DNA of 57,216 nt from Alphaproteobacteria bacterium (lineage in GTDB: Bacteria; Pseudomonadota; Alphaproteobacteria; JBCCNR01), in NCBI GenBank assembly GCA_047627635.1, contig JBLHTX010000001.1:1-57216 (forward strand), written 5' to 3'. The notes under the pieces are model-generated. The model was not told the DNA's origin and did no database searches. It saw nothing but the letters and a program-made list of their open reading frames with translations. Position numbers and translations under genes: made by a program. Shown here piece after piece: positions 27,302 through 36,356 of the stretch. How positions within the stretch are numbered: position 1 is the first letter of the stretch; each line of letters starts with the position of its first letter.

Positions 27302-29347
27302 CTATAATACTTCTTCTATTGCAAGTGATTTATCATAAATAAGGCGTATTCTCGTTTTTTCGCCTAATATACTGTTAATTGTAAAGCGTCCATTGGTTAA
27401 TTCTGTGAGCTCTTTTGATAAACAAAGCCCAAGACCTGTTCCCGAAAGATCATTATGATCGCTGTTAAAAGGTGTTAAAGCACGATGAATTTCATCATCC
27501 GTCATGCCACGCCCAAAATCAGTAATTTCAATCATAATACGCCCACTTTTTGTAGGGCCAACAGTTAATAATACTTGCTCATTGTCACTTGAATATTTTA
27601 TAGCATTGGTCAGTAAATTAACTAAAATTTGCTTTAATAATCTAGGATCAGAGTGGATCGGTGGTGTTCCTAGCAAGATGGTTTTTGTGACCTCAATATT
27701 GCGAGAATGCGACAAAGGATAAACAATTTCTATTGCCTCATTAGCAACTTGTTCGATGTTTACCTGTGTAAATTGAGGCGTAAATCCACCTGCTTTCAGC
27801 TTGGAATAATCGAGTAAATCATTAATAATTGACAATGCATATTCTCCTGCACCACGAATAGAGGATGCAAACTCTTTGTATCGATCATCAGGTAAGGCGC
27901 CAAATATTTCATTTTCAATCATTTCAGCATAACCAGCGATAGCATTCAAAGGCGCTCTAATTTCATGACTTACGGCACTCACCAAAGAAGGGATTTCGTT
28001 ATGATTTTTATCAAAAGATGTTACTTTAATGTCTTTTGCAATTGTTTTTAGATCTAAAATATCGGACTTTATCTTTTCAACTTCACTGCGATCGTCCAAA
28101 ATAAACCAAAAGCCATTTTTTTCCTGATTATGTCGTACAATAAGTTTTGCAGTATGCTCCGCTTTGTGTATATCATAATATTGACATTCAACACCATCGG
28201 TTAAGTCATCAAGAATATCTTGATTCTTATATTCTATAAGGTTTGTTAATACAGATTGTGCTTCACCACTAAAAATAGTAGTAATTTTTTTGCCAATCAA
28301 CATTGCCTCAGTGTGCCCAGTAAGATGGCAAGCCATTTGATTAAGCATCGTAATGGTGCCATTAATGCTAACATCGAAAATGCCAACTTCAACACCGACT
28401 AAATTACCCATTACAGAAGATGACAAATAAGCTTCATTATCAAATAAGTTTTTTTGAGTTACCTGTGTTTCTGCTTGTGTTTCTGCTTGTGTTTCTGCGG
28501 GTTCAGCCACTTTTTCAGTCACTTTTTGAGATTCAGGAAAGTCTTTAGGTTCGTCAGATTTTTCTTGGTGTGGTTCAATATGTTGATTGGTGTTTTGGGT
28601 AGCTAATGCTAGATATTTCTCATCAGTAATGCGTAAGATGCCCATGTTAAAATGAGGAATACCATGATGATTAAATTGTGTTGTCTGAATTAAGTAAGGA
28701 TAAACACCAAAGCCAATATCAATTTTTTGAACATTAAATGATTGAGGCGTTGATAAGGCTTGTCGGATTACTTCTTTACCGATTGCCCTATCTTGAAAAA
28801 TAGAAATACAAGGATCGCCATGACTGATTTTAAGATAGTTTTTTGCAATATCATCGTAACCAACAATCATAGCATGATTATCGCAACTAAAAGTTGCTGG
28901 CTTTGTAAGCATAAGTGCGTTGATTTGGGTATGATCTAATGCTTTGTTATCGGGTAATTTTTGTGCTTGAGATTGAGACATATTCACACAAATAAGAATA
29001 CCGTTACGACCGTCAGGCAGCGGTTGAGATTCAATTTTACAAGCATATTCACCAATTTTATGACATCCTGTTAGAGTCATATTTTTATGAAAAATTTTGC
29101 CTTGGGTTACTTTTTTTAAAATCGCATCACCCATGACAACCATTGCATGTGAGTCAGGAAAAACAAGCTCTTTGATCTCGTTGCGATTATCTGCACCCCA
29201 AAATTTTAAACCACTGATGTTCGACCAAACAATAATACGATACTCTGCATCCCACACCCAAGCTGGCTCTGCTGCATGTTTAAGTGCTACAAGTTTTTCA
29301 GGTAGTTTATTCTTTATAGCAGATTTTTTCTTTTTTAAAAAAAACAT
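27302..29347 (-). CDS. Cytoplasmic PAS-domain sensor histidine kinase (HisKA + HATPase_c, no receiver domain)
   Basis: 681 aa with H-box SHEIRAPLNAI, N-box LLTNAIKYS, and G-boxes DFGRGM and GTGLGL. No TM segment is visible. Confidence 0.9.
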   Translation of the reverse strand: MFFLKKKKSAIKNKLPEKLVALKHAAEPAWVWDAEYRIIVWSNISGLKFWGADNRNEIKELVFPDSHAMVVMGDAILKKVTQGKIFHKNMTLTGCHKIGEYACKIESQPLPDGRNGILICVNMSQSQAQKLPDNKALDHTQINALMLTKPATFSCDNHAMIVGYDDIAKNYLKISHGDPCISIFQDRAIGKEVIRQALSTPQSFNVQKIDIGFGVYPYLIQTTQFNHHGIPHFNMGILRITDEKYLALATQNTNQHIEPHQEKSDEPKDFPESQKVTEKVAEPAETQAETQAETQVTQKNLFDNEAYLSSSVMGNLVGVEVGIFDVSINGTITMLNQMACHLTGHTEAMLIGKKITTIFSGEAQSVLTNLIEYKNQDILDDLTDGVECQYYDIHKAEHTAKLIVRHNQEKNGFWFILDDRSEVEKIKSDILDLKTIAKDIKVTSFDKNHNEIPSLVSAVSHEIRAPLNAIAGYAEMIENEIFGALPDDRYKEFASSIRGAGEYALSIINDLLDYSKLKAGGFTPQFTQVNIEQVANEAIEIVYPLSHSRNIEVTKTILLGTPPIHSDPRLLKQILVNLLTNAIKYSSDNEQVLLTVGPTKSGRIMIEITDFGRGMTDDEIHRALTPFNSDHNDLSGTGLGLCLSKELTELTNGRFTINSILGEKTRIRLIYDKSLAIEEVL
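28465..28498. repeat. 12-bp in-frame tandem repeat, about 2.9 copies, encoding (AETQ)3 in the kinase linker
   Basis: Read directly as gtgtttctgctt x2 followed by gtgtttctgc. Confidence 0.9.
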
Positions 29348-29567
29348 ATGACCACAATTTTAAAAATATAATTCAGCATTTAATCCTTATTCAATATATA
29401 TTATGCAAGCAATATGCAAGAAACATATAAAGTCCTTAATTTCTTTTGTTAATACCATTGTAACGGAATTAAAAATAGTTTTCAACGACTTATTAATCAA
29501 AAATTAATTAAAAATAAAATTTTTTTATTTTTAATATATTTATATTATTTGAATTTAATGTAAATAT

Positions 29568-29999
29568 ATGTATAATATACTCATGGGAATATATAAAAAT
29601 GAAAATTTAAATATAGTAAGTTATGGAGTTTATGGCCTTGCAAGTACTCGCAAGCAGCCAGCAATTCAAAAAATGCCAAAAAACAAAAAGTATGGAGCAC
29701 ATCAAGTGGCAACATCCCAGCCACTTGATGAGGATACCCAAGCAAGCACGCCTGATGGCAATAGTGATGCCGCAACGTTTGAAATTTCTGGTGCGTGTGG
29801 CAGTGATACCCTTATATCAGAAAAAAAACGTTTAAAATCGGCGACTAATGTCTCTGGTGATGCAGATAATATTGCTGCGACAAAGGGAATTGCCACGCTT
29901 ATTGAACCAACAGATATGCCTTATGGTTTATGTTCACAGCGTGATAAACAATATACACAGACATATTTAAAAGAGCTGAAAGAACGAACATCAGAATAA
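29568..29999 (+). CDS. Hypothetical protein (up to 143 aa); coding status uncertain
   Basis: This is the only long ORF in an otherwise AT-rich gap. Several other frames are also open across 29620-29900, so ORF length is weak evidence here. Confidence 0.35.
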   Translation: MYNILMGIYKNENLNIVSYGVYGLASTRKQPAIQKMPKNKKYGAHQVATSQPLDEDTQASTPDGNSDAATFEISGACGSDTLISEKKRLKSATNVSGDADNIAATKGIATLIEPTDMPYGLCSQRDKQYTQTYLKELKERTSE

Positions 30000-30082
30000 A
30001 AATATTGCGGTTTTATATAAAATATGACACATTTTACTGAAAAATAGTATATATATTATCAAATAATAAGATCGCTCTTTAT

Positions 30083-31132
30083 ATGCCTTATACAACGCAA
30101 CTACCGCCATTTCAATCAGGAGAAGATGTACTTGATGCACCTGATATAGAGCGTAAAAAAATAATTTTACCAAATTTTTGCCATAAGCAAAAGTTTGGCA
30201 TATTAGATATTGCGGCAAAACCTTCGATTAATAAGATCGAAACTGATAATATTGAAACTACTAGTCATTTTGATTTTTTCTCATCAAGCGAAGCAAGTTT
30301 GTGTCTTCAGGTTTTAAAAGGCATTAAAAGCAAGGCTCAAACGTTATTTATTCCGATACCACATTATGCCCAAGATAAAATTCTTGCCGATCGTATTAGT
30401 CATTATATACAATTGCCACGTACAAAATCGGTCATTATTAATGCAGAAAATTTAACCGCCAAAGAGATTATTTCACATTATGTTCAGCAGTTAAACCTTG
30501 AAAAAGCTGATAATATTTATCATGAATTTGCACGGCTTATGACGCATTATTTTAAGCATGGGAATGTTTTGCATAGCGTTATTTACAATGCACATTGTTT
30601 GTCTAAGCAAGATTTTGACTATTTATATGAATTATCATCGCTTATTTATGAAAGATTCCCCAAACAACGCCACAAACCATTAATGCAATTTATTTTCATT
30701 GGTGATAAATCAATTTTACCAACATTACGTAAAAAAACTAGTAGAAAATTATGTCAAATTTTATTACCACTTTTGACACTAACAGACTGTATGAATGCAC
30801 TTTATTTAGCAACGCCAGTTGAAGGACGCACTGCATTATTTACGCATTGCGTGCAACAGATTGCACGTAATTTGCAGATTGCGACGGCGGGTTATCCTGC
30901 ATTGCTACGGCATTTATTGCCATTATTACAAATCCCCTTAAAGGAAAACAGTCAATCGGAGCGTTATTTATCAGAGATTGTTAATCATAAAATTTCAGAT
31001 ATTTATAAAAAAGAACTTAGTTTAAAGCGATTTTTGTTGAAAAAGCCACGGATATCCTATCGTAAAATTTATTATTGTTTATTATTATGTGTTATAACAA
31101 CAATAATAATAAGTTATGCTTATCTTGCTTAG
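30083..31132 (+). CDS. ExeA/GspA-like AAA+ fold protein with degenerate Walker A/B motifs and a C-terminal TM anchor
   Basis: 349 aa. By eye it is collinear with the ExeA N-domain: SE..L..L, then IPHYAQDK where GEVGTGKT is expected, VIYNAH where LIDEAQ is expected, FIFIGDKSILPTL (compare ILIGQPEL) and AGYPALLRHL (compare GGIPRLINLL). The C-terminus YYCLLLCVITTIIISYAYLA is hydrophobic. Confidence 0.5.
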   Translation: MPYTTQLPPFQSGEDVLDAPDIERKKIILPNFCHKQKFGILDIAAKPSINKIETDNIETTSHFDFFSSSEASLCLQVLKGIKSKAQTLFIPIPHYAQDKILADRISHYIQLPRTKSVIINAENLTAKEIISHYVQQLNLEKADNIYHEFARLMTHYFKHGNVLHSVIYNAHCLSKQDFDYLYELSSLIYERFPKQRHKPLMQFIFIGDKSILPTLRKKTSRKLCQILLPLLTLTDCMNALYLATPVEGRTALFTHCVQQIARNLQIATAGYPALLRHLLPLLQIPLKENSQSERYLSEIVNHKISDIYKKELSLKRFLLKKPRISYRKIYYCLLLCVITTIIISYAYLA

Positions 31133-31171
31133 GCGTTTCTTTAATCATAAGTAAAAAACAAGGAATTATTA

Positions 31172-32059
31172 ATGAATTTCACTGAAAAAAAATGTATAAC
31201 AGATGATGATATTCAAATATATTACCGTGAATATGGCGTTTTAGACCCACAAAAACCAACGATTTTATGTTTGCCCGGATTAACACGCAACGCAAAGGCA
31301 TTTCACGAATATGCCCTTTATTGTCAAAACAAGTTTCAGGCACATTTAATTTGTCCTGATATGCGTGGGCGTGGTCAGTCAGATTATGATAAAAATGTAT
31401 TTAATTATAATCTTATGCGTGAAACCCAAGATATTTTTCAGGTCATAACACAAGAAGAATTAAATAATGTTATTATTTTTGGCACATCAAGAGGCGGCAT
31501 GCAATCCGCAATGTTGGCACCTATTTTACAAAATCGTTTAAAAGCAGTTATTTTAAATGATATTGGCATTGCAATTTCAATGTCTGTTATGAATAAGCTT
31601 AAAAAACTTTTTATTCATAAAACAGATTATATTGGTGATTATCAAGCGACGCTTGAGCGATTTCATTTGCTTGATGGCGGTGAAACGCAAAATTTAACAG
31701 CTGAACAAGAGCATCAAATTGTTAATAGTATTTATCGTTTAAAAGAAGGCAATTATTATATTGACTATGATTATCAAGGTTTAAAAATTGCCTATGATAA
31801 AGCCTATGCCGATTTGGAAGCCATTAATCCAGAGGTTTGCGATTTAAAACCCTTATTTAGTACTTTGATTAATGTGCCAATTTTGTTACTGCATGGTGAA
31901 AATTCAAAATTATTAACCTCGAAAATTGTTGATGATACTAAGACACTATTGCCGCATATTGAGGTTCAAACAATTGCAGATCGTGGGCATTGTCCTTATT
32001 TAAACGAGGCGACCTTAATAGAAGCCTGCGATGCTTTTTTAACACCTTTTATAGCATAG
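31172..32059 (+). CDS. Alpha/beta-fold hydrolase
   Basis: 295 aa with the oxyanion region LCLPGLTRN, nucleophile elbow GTSRGG and a C-terminal catalytic His (DRGHCP). Confidence 0.8.
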   Translation: MNFTEKKCITDDDIQIYYREYGVLDPQKPTILCLPGLTRNAKAFHEYALYCQNKFQAHLICPDMRGRGQSDYDKNVFNYNLMRETQDIFQVITQEELNNVIIFGTSRGGMQSAMLAPILQNRLKAVILNDIGIAISMSVMNKLKKLFIHKTDYIGDYQATLERFHLLDGGETQNLTAEQEHQIVNSIYRLKEGNYYIDYDYQGLKIAYDKAYADLEAINPEVCDLKPLFSTLINVPILLLHGENSKLLTSKIVDDTKTLLPHIEVQTIADRGHCPYLNEATLIEACDAFLTPFIA

Positions 32060-32128
32060 GCCTAAATTTTACCCGTTCTGTATTAAACAGCTATATGTTT
32101 GAATTTTGCGCCATAGTCATATATGCTA

Positions 32129-32146
32129 TGTTAGAACGTTTTAACA
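32129..32146 (+). promoter_or_regulatory. Imperfect palindrome TGTTAgAACGTTtTAACA just upstream of zur (candidate Fur-family box)
   Basis: 16 of 18 positions are self-complementary. The element ends 10 nt before the zur ATG and abuts the AGGAAG Shine-Dalgarno sequence. Confidence 0.3.
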
Positions 32147-32156
32147 GGAAGATAAA

Positions 32157-32621
32157 ATGGCCTTTGGCTGTCATCTTATTCAGCATCAAGAGTGTATTAA
32201 TAGCGCAATGCGTAATGCCGAAATGATTTGCCAAGAAAAAAACATTAAGCTTACAAAACTTCGTAAAAGTGTTTTGGAGCTTATATGGACAGGGCACACA
32301 CCGCAAAAAGCCTATGATTTATTGACAAGATTTCAAAAAGAAGATCCTGCTGCTAAGCCTGCAACAATCTATCGTACGCTTGATTTTTTACAAGAAAATG
32401 GATTGGTGCATCGTATTAATCGCCTAAATGCCTATATTGGGTGCGTGAATCCTAACCATAAAGAACCTTATTTCTTGATGGTTTGCTTGCATTGTAATAA
32501 TGTTGAAGAGAGTACACATAGTGAATATCGTGATTTTTTTAATAAAATGATTAATCATAGTCAGTTTCAATGCTCTAATAAAGTGTTTGAAATTGAAGGC
32601 ACATGTCAAAATTGTTTATAA
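32157..32621 (+). CDS. zur: Fur-family regulator, Zur-type (zinc uptake regulator)
   Basis: 154 aa. It has an N-terminal C-H..H..C segment, a wHTH (TIYRTLDFLQENGLVHRI) and CxxC pairs (CLHC, CQNC). A Zur-box-controlled COG0523 gene lies 1.5 kb downstream. Confidence 0.82.
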   Translation: MAFGCHLIQHQECINSAMRNAEMICQEKNIKLTKLRKSVLELIWTGHTPQKAYDLLTRFQKEDPAAKPATIYRTLDFLQENGLVHRINRLNAYIGCVNPNHKEPYFLMVCLHCNNVEESTHSEYRDFFNKMINHSQFQCSNKVFEIEGTCQNCL

Positions 32622-32631
32622 AGTATATGTT

Positions 32632-34083
32632 ATGATGAATATCAAATTTAATTTCAACAACAGCTACGTTACATTACCAGAAATATTGTATACATATACT
32701 GATCCGATCAAGGTGAGTAATCCGAAAATAGTTATTGTGAATAAAGATTTAATGCTTGAATTAGGTCTAAATGATTCAGATATGGGTGATAATGAGCTTG
32801 CAAATTTACTTTCGGGCAATGTAATGCCTGAAGGGAGTGATCCCGTTGCCATGGCATATGCAGGGCATCAATTTGGGGGTTTTACCCTTTTAGGTGATGG
32901 TCGTGCACATCTTATTGGAGAGCATATTGCACCAAATAGCAAAAGATATGATGTTCACCTTAAAGGTTCTGGGCGAACACCCTATGCACGCGGCGGTGAT
33001 GGTCGAGCGGCACTTGGCCCCATGTTACGTGAGTATATAATGTCAGAAGCAATGTATGCGCTTGGTATTGCAACTACACGCAGTTTAGCTGTTACAGCAA
33101 CAGGTGAAACAGTCCCAAGAGAAACACCGCTTGCTGGTGCAGTTTTAACACGCATTGCATCGTCACATATTCGGATTGGTACTTTTGAATATGCAGCCCA
33201 TAAGCAAAATCCTGATCTTGTTAAATGCTTGTTGGACTATACAATTCAGCGCCATTATCTTGATGTAAAAAATGCGAATAATCCAGCGATTGCACTTCTT
33301 AAAGGCGTAATTGAAAAACAAACAGACCTTATTACGCATTGGATGCGTGTAGGGTTTATTCATGGCGTTATGAATACCGATAATATGACTTTATCGGGGG
33401 AAACCATTGATTATGGCCCGTGTGCTTTTATGGATGTGTATGATGCTAAAACGGTTTTTAGTTCAATTGATAGAAATGCGCGTTACGCCTATGGTAATCA
33501 GCCCCTTATGGCACAGTGGAATATTGCCCGCTTAGCCGAAAGTCTATTGCCGCTTATTGATCCAAATATAGACAAAGCCATCGAAATTGCCGAAGACATT
33601 GTGAATGGGGTTCAAGATATTTATGCACAAAAATGGCTGAATATGATGCGTGCAAAACTTGGTTTATGTGGAAAAAATCCACAAGATAAACAGCTGATTG
33701 ATGATTTACTTTCGTGGATGACAATAAACCACATAGATTACACAAATTGTTTTCGCAGTTTATCAAGCGACCAAAAACCGCAAGAAAAAGTATATCATTG
33801 CAGAAAATTTAATGACTGGTATCAAAAATGGCAAAATAGACTTGCACTAGAAAAATCAAAGCAAGCTTCAATATCTCTGATGCGTCAAAATAACCCCGCT
33901 ATTATTCCACGCAATCATAATGTTGAAAATGCGCTTGAACAGGCAAATGCAGGCAATATGCAGCCCTTTAATGACTTATTAGCAGCCTTAAAAACGCCCT
34001 ATTGTGAGCATGAAAATATTAAATGCTATCAATCACCCCCACAGCCAAGCGAACGTGTTTTTCAGACCTTTTGCGGGACATAG
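32632..34083 (+). CDS. selO: Protein adenylyltransferase SelO (YdiU/UPF0061)
   Basis: 483 aa from the ATG at 32632, with AYAGHQFGGF..LGDGRA, LKGSGRTPY.R.GDGRA and HGVMNTDNM motifs. It begins 10 nt after the zur stop. Confidence 0.93.
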   Translation: MMNIKFNFNNSYVTLPEILYTYTDPIKVSNPKIVIVNKDLMLELGLNDSDMGDNELANLLSGNVMPEGSDPVAMAYAGHQFGGFTLLGDGRAHLIGEHIAPNSKRYDVHLKGSGRTPYARGGDGRAALGPMLREYIMSEAMYALGIATTRSLAVTATGETVPRETPLAGAVLTRIASSHIRIGTFEYAAHKQNPDLVKCLLDYTIQRHYLDVKNANNPAIALLKGVIEKQTDLITHWMRVGFIHGVMNTDNMTLSGETIDYGPCAFMDVYDAKTVFSSIDRNARYAYGNQPLMAQWNIARLAESLLPLIDPNIDKAIEIAEDIVNGVQDIYAQKWLNMMRAKLGLCGKNPQDKQLIDDLLSWMTINHIDYTNCFRSLSSDQKPQEKVYHCRKFNDWYQKWQNRLALEKSKQASISLMRQNNPAIIPRNHNVENALEQANAGNMQPFNDLLAALKTPYCEHENIKCYQSPPQPSERVFQTFCGT

Positions 34084-34145
34084 TTTTAATTCTTTAATTT
34101 GCCCTATATTTTTTATTGCATTTTTTTATACTTCTGATATTGATT

Positions 34146-34173
34146 TAAATGTTATGTTATAACATAACATTTA
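34146..34173 (+). promoter_or_regulatory. Zur box: perfect 28-bp palindrome TAAATGTTATGTTATAACATAACATTTA
   Basis: All 14 pairs are self-complementary (checked base by base). The core TGTTATnnTATAACA resembles published Zur operators. It ends 15 nt before the COG0523 ATG, just upstream of the GAGGGGG Shine-Dalgarno sequence. Confidence 0.8.
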
Positions 34174-34188
34174 TGAGGGGGTAAAATA

Positions 34189-35415
34189 ATGAATAACGAG
34201 ATGATAAAAAAACTTCCAGTAACAGTATTATCGGGTTTTTTAGGTGCAGGAAAAACCACACTTTTGAATAATATTTTAAACAACCGTGAAGGCAAAAAAG
34301 TTGCTGTTATCGTAAATGATATGAGTGAAGTGAATATTGATGCAAGCCTTGTGCGTGATGGGGGGGCTAATTTATCACGTACTGAGGAGACACTTGTTGA
34401 GATGAGTAATGGGTGTATTTGCTGTACGCTGCGTGAAGATTTACTTAAGGAAGTGCGTGCTTTGGCTGAGGCAGAGAAATATGATTATTTATTAATTGAA
34501 TCAACAGGTATTTCAGAGCCAATGCCCGTTGCGGCAACATTCGATTTTCGGGATGAAAATGATGAAAGCCTCTCAGATGTTGCTCATCTTGATACAATGG
34601 TCACTGTTGTCGATAGTGCAAGCTTGCTTAATGATTATAGCTCAACTGATTTTCTAAGGGATCGCGGCGAGTCTATGGGAGAGCAAGATGAGCGCACACT
34701 TGTCGATTTATTAGTTGATCAAATGGAGTTTGCCGATGTCATTGTCGTTAATAAATGCGATATGGTTGATGATGCGCAAAAAGATATTGTTACAAAAATT
34801 ATTAAAGCACAAAATCCAGATGCAAAAATAATTTATACAGATCATGGTAAAGTGCCCCTAGATTCCATAATGGGAACAGGTCTATTTAACTATGAAAAAG
34901 CCCAATCAATGGCAGGTTGGTATCAGGCACTGATAGGAGAGCATACCCCAGAAACCGAAGAATATGGTATTTCAAGCTTTGTGTATCGGTCTAAAAAACC
35001 GTTTCATCCTGAGCGTTTTCATGCTTTTACAAATCTTTCTCATGCTGGTGTTATTCGTTCCAAAGGCTTTTTTTGGCTTGCCAGTCGTATGCATTGGGTG
35101 GGTGAAATTGCAATTGCAGGATCAATATTACGTCATCAAGCAGCAGGGAAATGGTGGGCGAATATCCCCAAAGAAAATTGGCCTCAAGATTCTGTTTGGA
35201 AAGATATGCTACAAGAAATTTGGAATCCGCCTTATGGTGATCGTCGCCAAGAAATTGTTTTTATTGGCACGGATATGAACGAAACAGCCCTTAAAAAGCA
35301 ACTTGATTCATGTTTGCTGACGGATAAAGAAATGAAAAAAGGGCATGAAAAATGGGCAAAACTTAAAGACCCATTCCCTGTCTGGAGCATGGAACAATTC
35401 GAGAAAGCAGCATAA
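34189..35415 (+). CDS. COG0523-family G3E GTPase (CobW/ZigA/YeiR-like zinc metallochaperone)
   Basis: 408 aa with the P-loop [12 protein letters not shown], the metal motif [15 protein letters not shown] and NKCD. Confidence 0.92.
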   Translation: MNNEMIKKLPVTVLSGFLGAGKTTLLNNILNNREGKKVAVIVNDMSEVNIDASLVRDGGANLSRTEETLVEMSNGCICCTLREDLLKEVRALAEAEKYDYLLIESTGISEPMPVAATFDFRDENDESLSDVAHLDTMVTVVDSASLLNDYSSTDFLRDRGESMGEQDERTLVDLLVDQMEFADVIVVNKCDMVDDAQKDIVTKIIKAQNPDAKIIYTDHGKVPLDSIMGTGLFNYEKAQSMAGWYQALIGEHTPETEEYGISSFVYRSKKPFHPERFHAFTNLSHAGVIRSKGFFWLASRMHWVGEIAIAGSILRHQAAGKWWANIPKENWPQDSVWKDMLQEIWNPPYGDRRQEIVFIGTDMNETALKKQLDSCLLTDKEMKKGHEKWAKLKDPFPVWSMEQFEKAA

Positions 35416-36051
35416 ATGTTAAAACAATGTACGCATTTAAGCGACTTAAAGGATTTCCCAGATAATATTGCTTTATCTATCTGTGATCGGCACCCTATTG
35501 CTAATATACAGGCATTTTTTGATGTGCTTATGCAAATTGATTTCTCGATATCTGGTCTTGTATCAAAAGATAATACCATTCAAGATATTGAAGACATTAT
35601 ATCTGAGTATATTCCAAATAATTTAAAGGGAAGCAATTCTTATAAACAATGGATACAGGATATGGCAAATATTTGCCATATCTTTTGCGATATACAAAAA
35701 TCAGAGCACATTAGTTTTTGGCTTGGGACAAAACGAGGCTGCAAACGGTATCATCTTGATTATGTACCAATGCGTCTTTTGGTCACTTATGCTGGAGCTG
35801 GCACACAGTGGATACCGCACGAAGCATCTGACTGGAATGCCTATGCCAATGGCGGCACAAATGACGTAATTTGTAAGGATATCAATAAAATAGAGACGAT
35901 TAAACCGTGGGATGTTGCAATTTTTAGAGGTAGAGAAAAAGGCGTATTACATCGAACGCCTGATGATGCAATGAATAATCCTTCTATTTTTATGCGTTTA
36001 GATATTGCTGCATTTCAAAAGAAGCTGCTTAAAATGAATGCTGCTGGATGA
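35416..36051 (+). CDS. DUF1826-like protein (a frequent partner of Zur-regulated COG0523 genes)
   Basis: 211 aa. The ATG follows the COG0523 TAA stop with no spacer. The motifs YHLDYVPMRLLVTYAGAGTQW and GVLHRTP match my recollection of the family. I could not verify this by search. Confidence 0.6.
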   Translation: MLKQCTHLSDLKDFPDNIALSICDRHPIANIQAFFDVLMQIDFSISGLVSKDNTIQDIEDIISEYIPNNLKGSNSYKQWIQDMANICHIFCDIQKSEHISFWLGTKRGCKRYHLDYVPMRLLVTYAGAGTQWIPHEASDWNAYANGGTNDVICKDINKIETIKPWDVAIFRGREKGVLHRTPDDAMNNPSIFMRLDIAAFQKKLLKMNAAG

Positions 36052-36077
36052 TACAGGGGGGCTGGATGATACGGGGG
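36043..36077. repeat. Tandem 18/17-bp duplication spanning the stop codon of the DUF1826-like gene
   Basis: gctggatgatacaggggg (36043-36060) is followed by gctggatgatacggggg (36061-36077). Confidence 0.85.
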
Positions 36078-36186
36078 ATAGTCAAGGAACATTTATAAAG
36101 CTATCATTTTTTGTACTGAATTATAATCTGAACAGCTTATTAAATATAGTCATGTGATTTGTTAGCTATATAAAATATTGGAAAAA

Positions 36187-36263
36187 TGGTGAACCCAGAG
36201 CGATTCGAACGCCCGGCCTTTTGATTCGTAGTCAAATGCTCTATCCAGCTGAGCTATGGGTCC
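36187..36263 (-). tRNA. tRNA-Arg (anticodon ACG)
   Basis: The reverse complement folds as a cloverleaf: GGACCCA TA GCTC AGCTGGATA GAGC A TTTGA CTACGAA TCAAA AGGCC GGGCG TTCGAAT CGCTC TGGGTTC A CCA. It is 77 nt with an encoded CCA. Confidence 0.95.
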
Positions 36264-36356
36264 ATTATTTTACTTTTGATTGCTGTGAAGCAATCAATGT
36301 GCTTGCGGACTTTATAAACACATTGATAATGCTTTGCAAGTGTTAAATTACAAAAA

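Noticed and set aside
29620-29900. A stretch where four of six frames are open, considered as a possible structured ncRNA (tmRNA, RNase P or 6S).
   Set aside because: I could not find tRNA-like arms, a tag-peptide frame ending in a stop, or other conserved RNA motifs. It is kept only as a low-confidence CDS.
36052-36356. tRNA-Arg considered as an integration hotspot, with the Zur-regulon block or flanks as a genomic island; the 18/17-bp tandem duplication at 36043-36077 considered as an att-like scar.
   Set aside because: No integrase, excisionase or transposase gene is present and no distant direct repeat of the tRNA 3' end was seen. The duplication is tandem rather than flanking.
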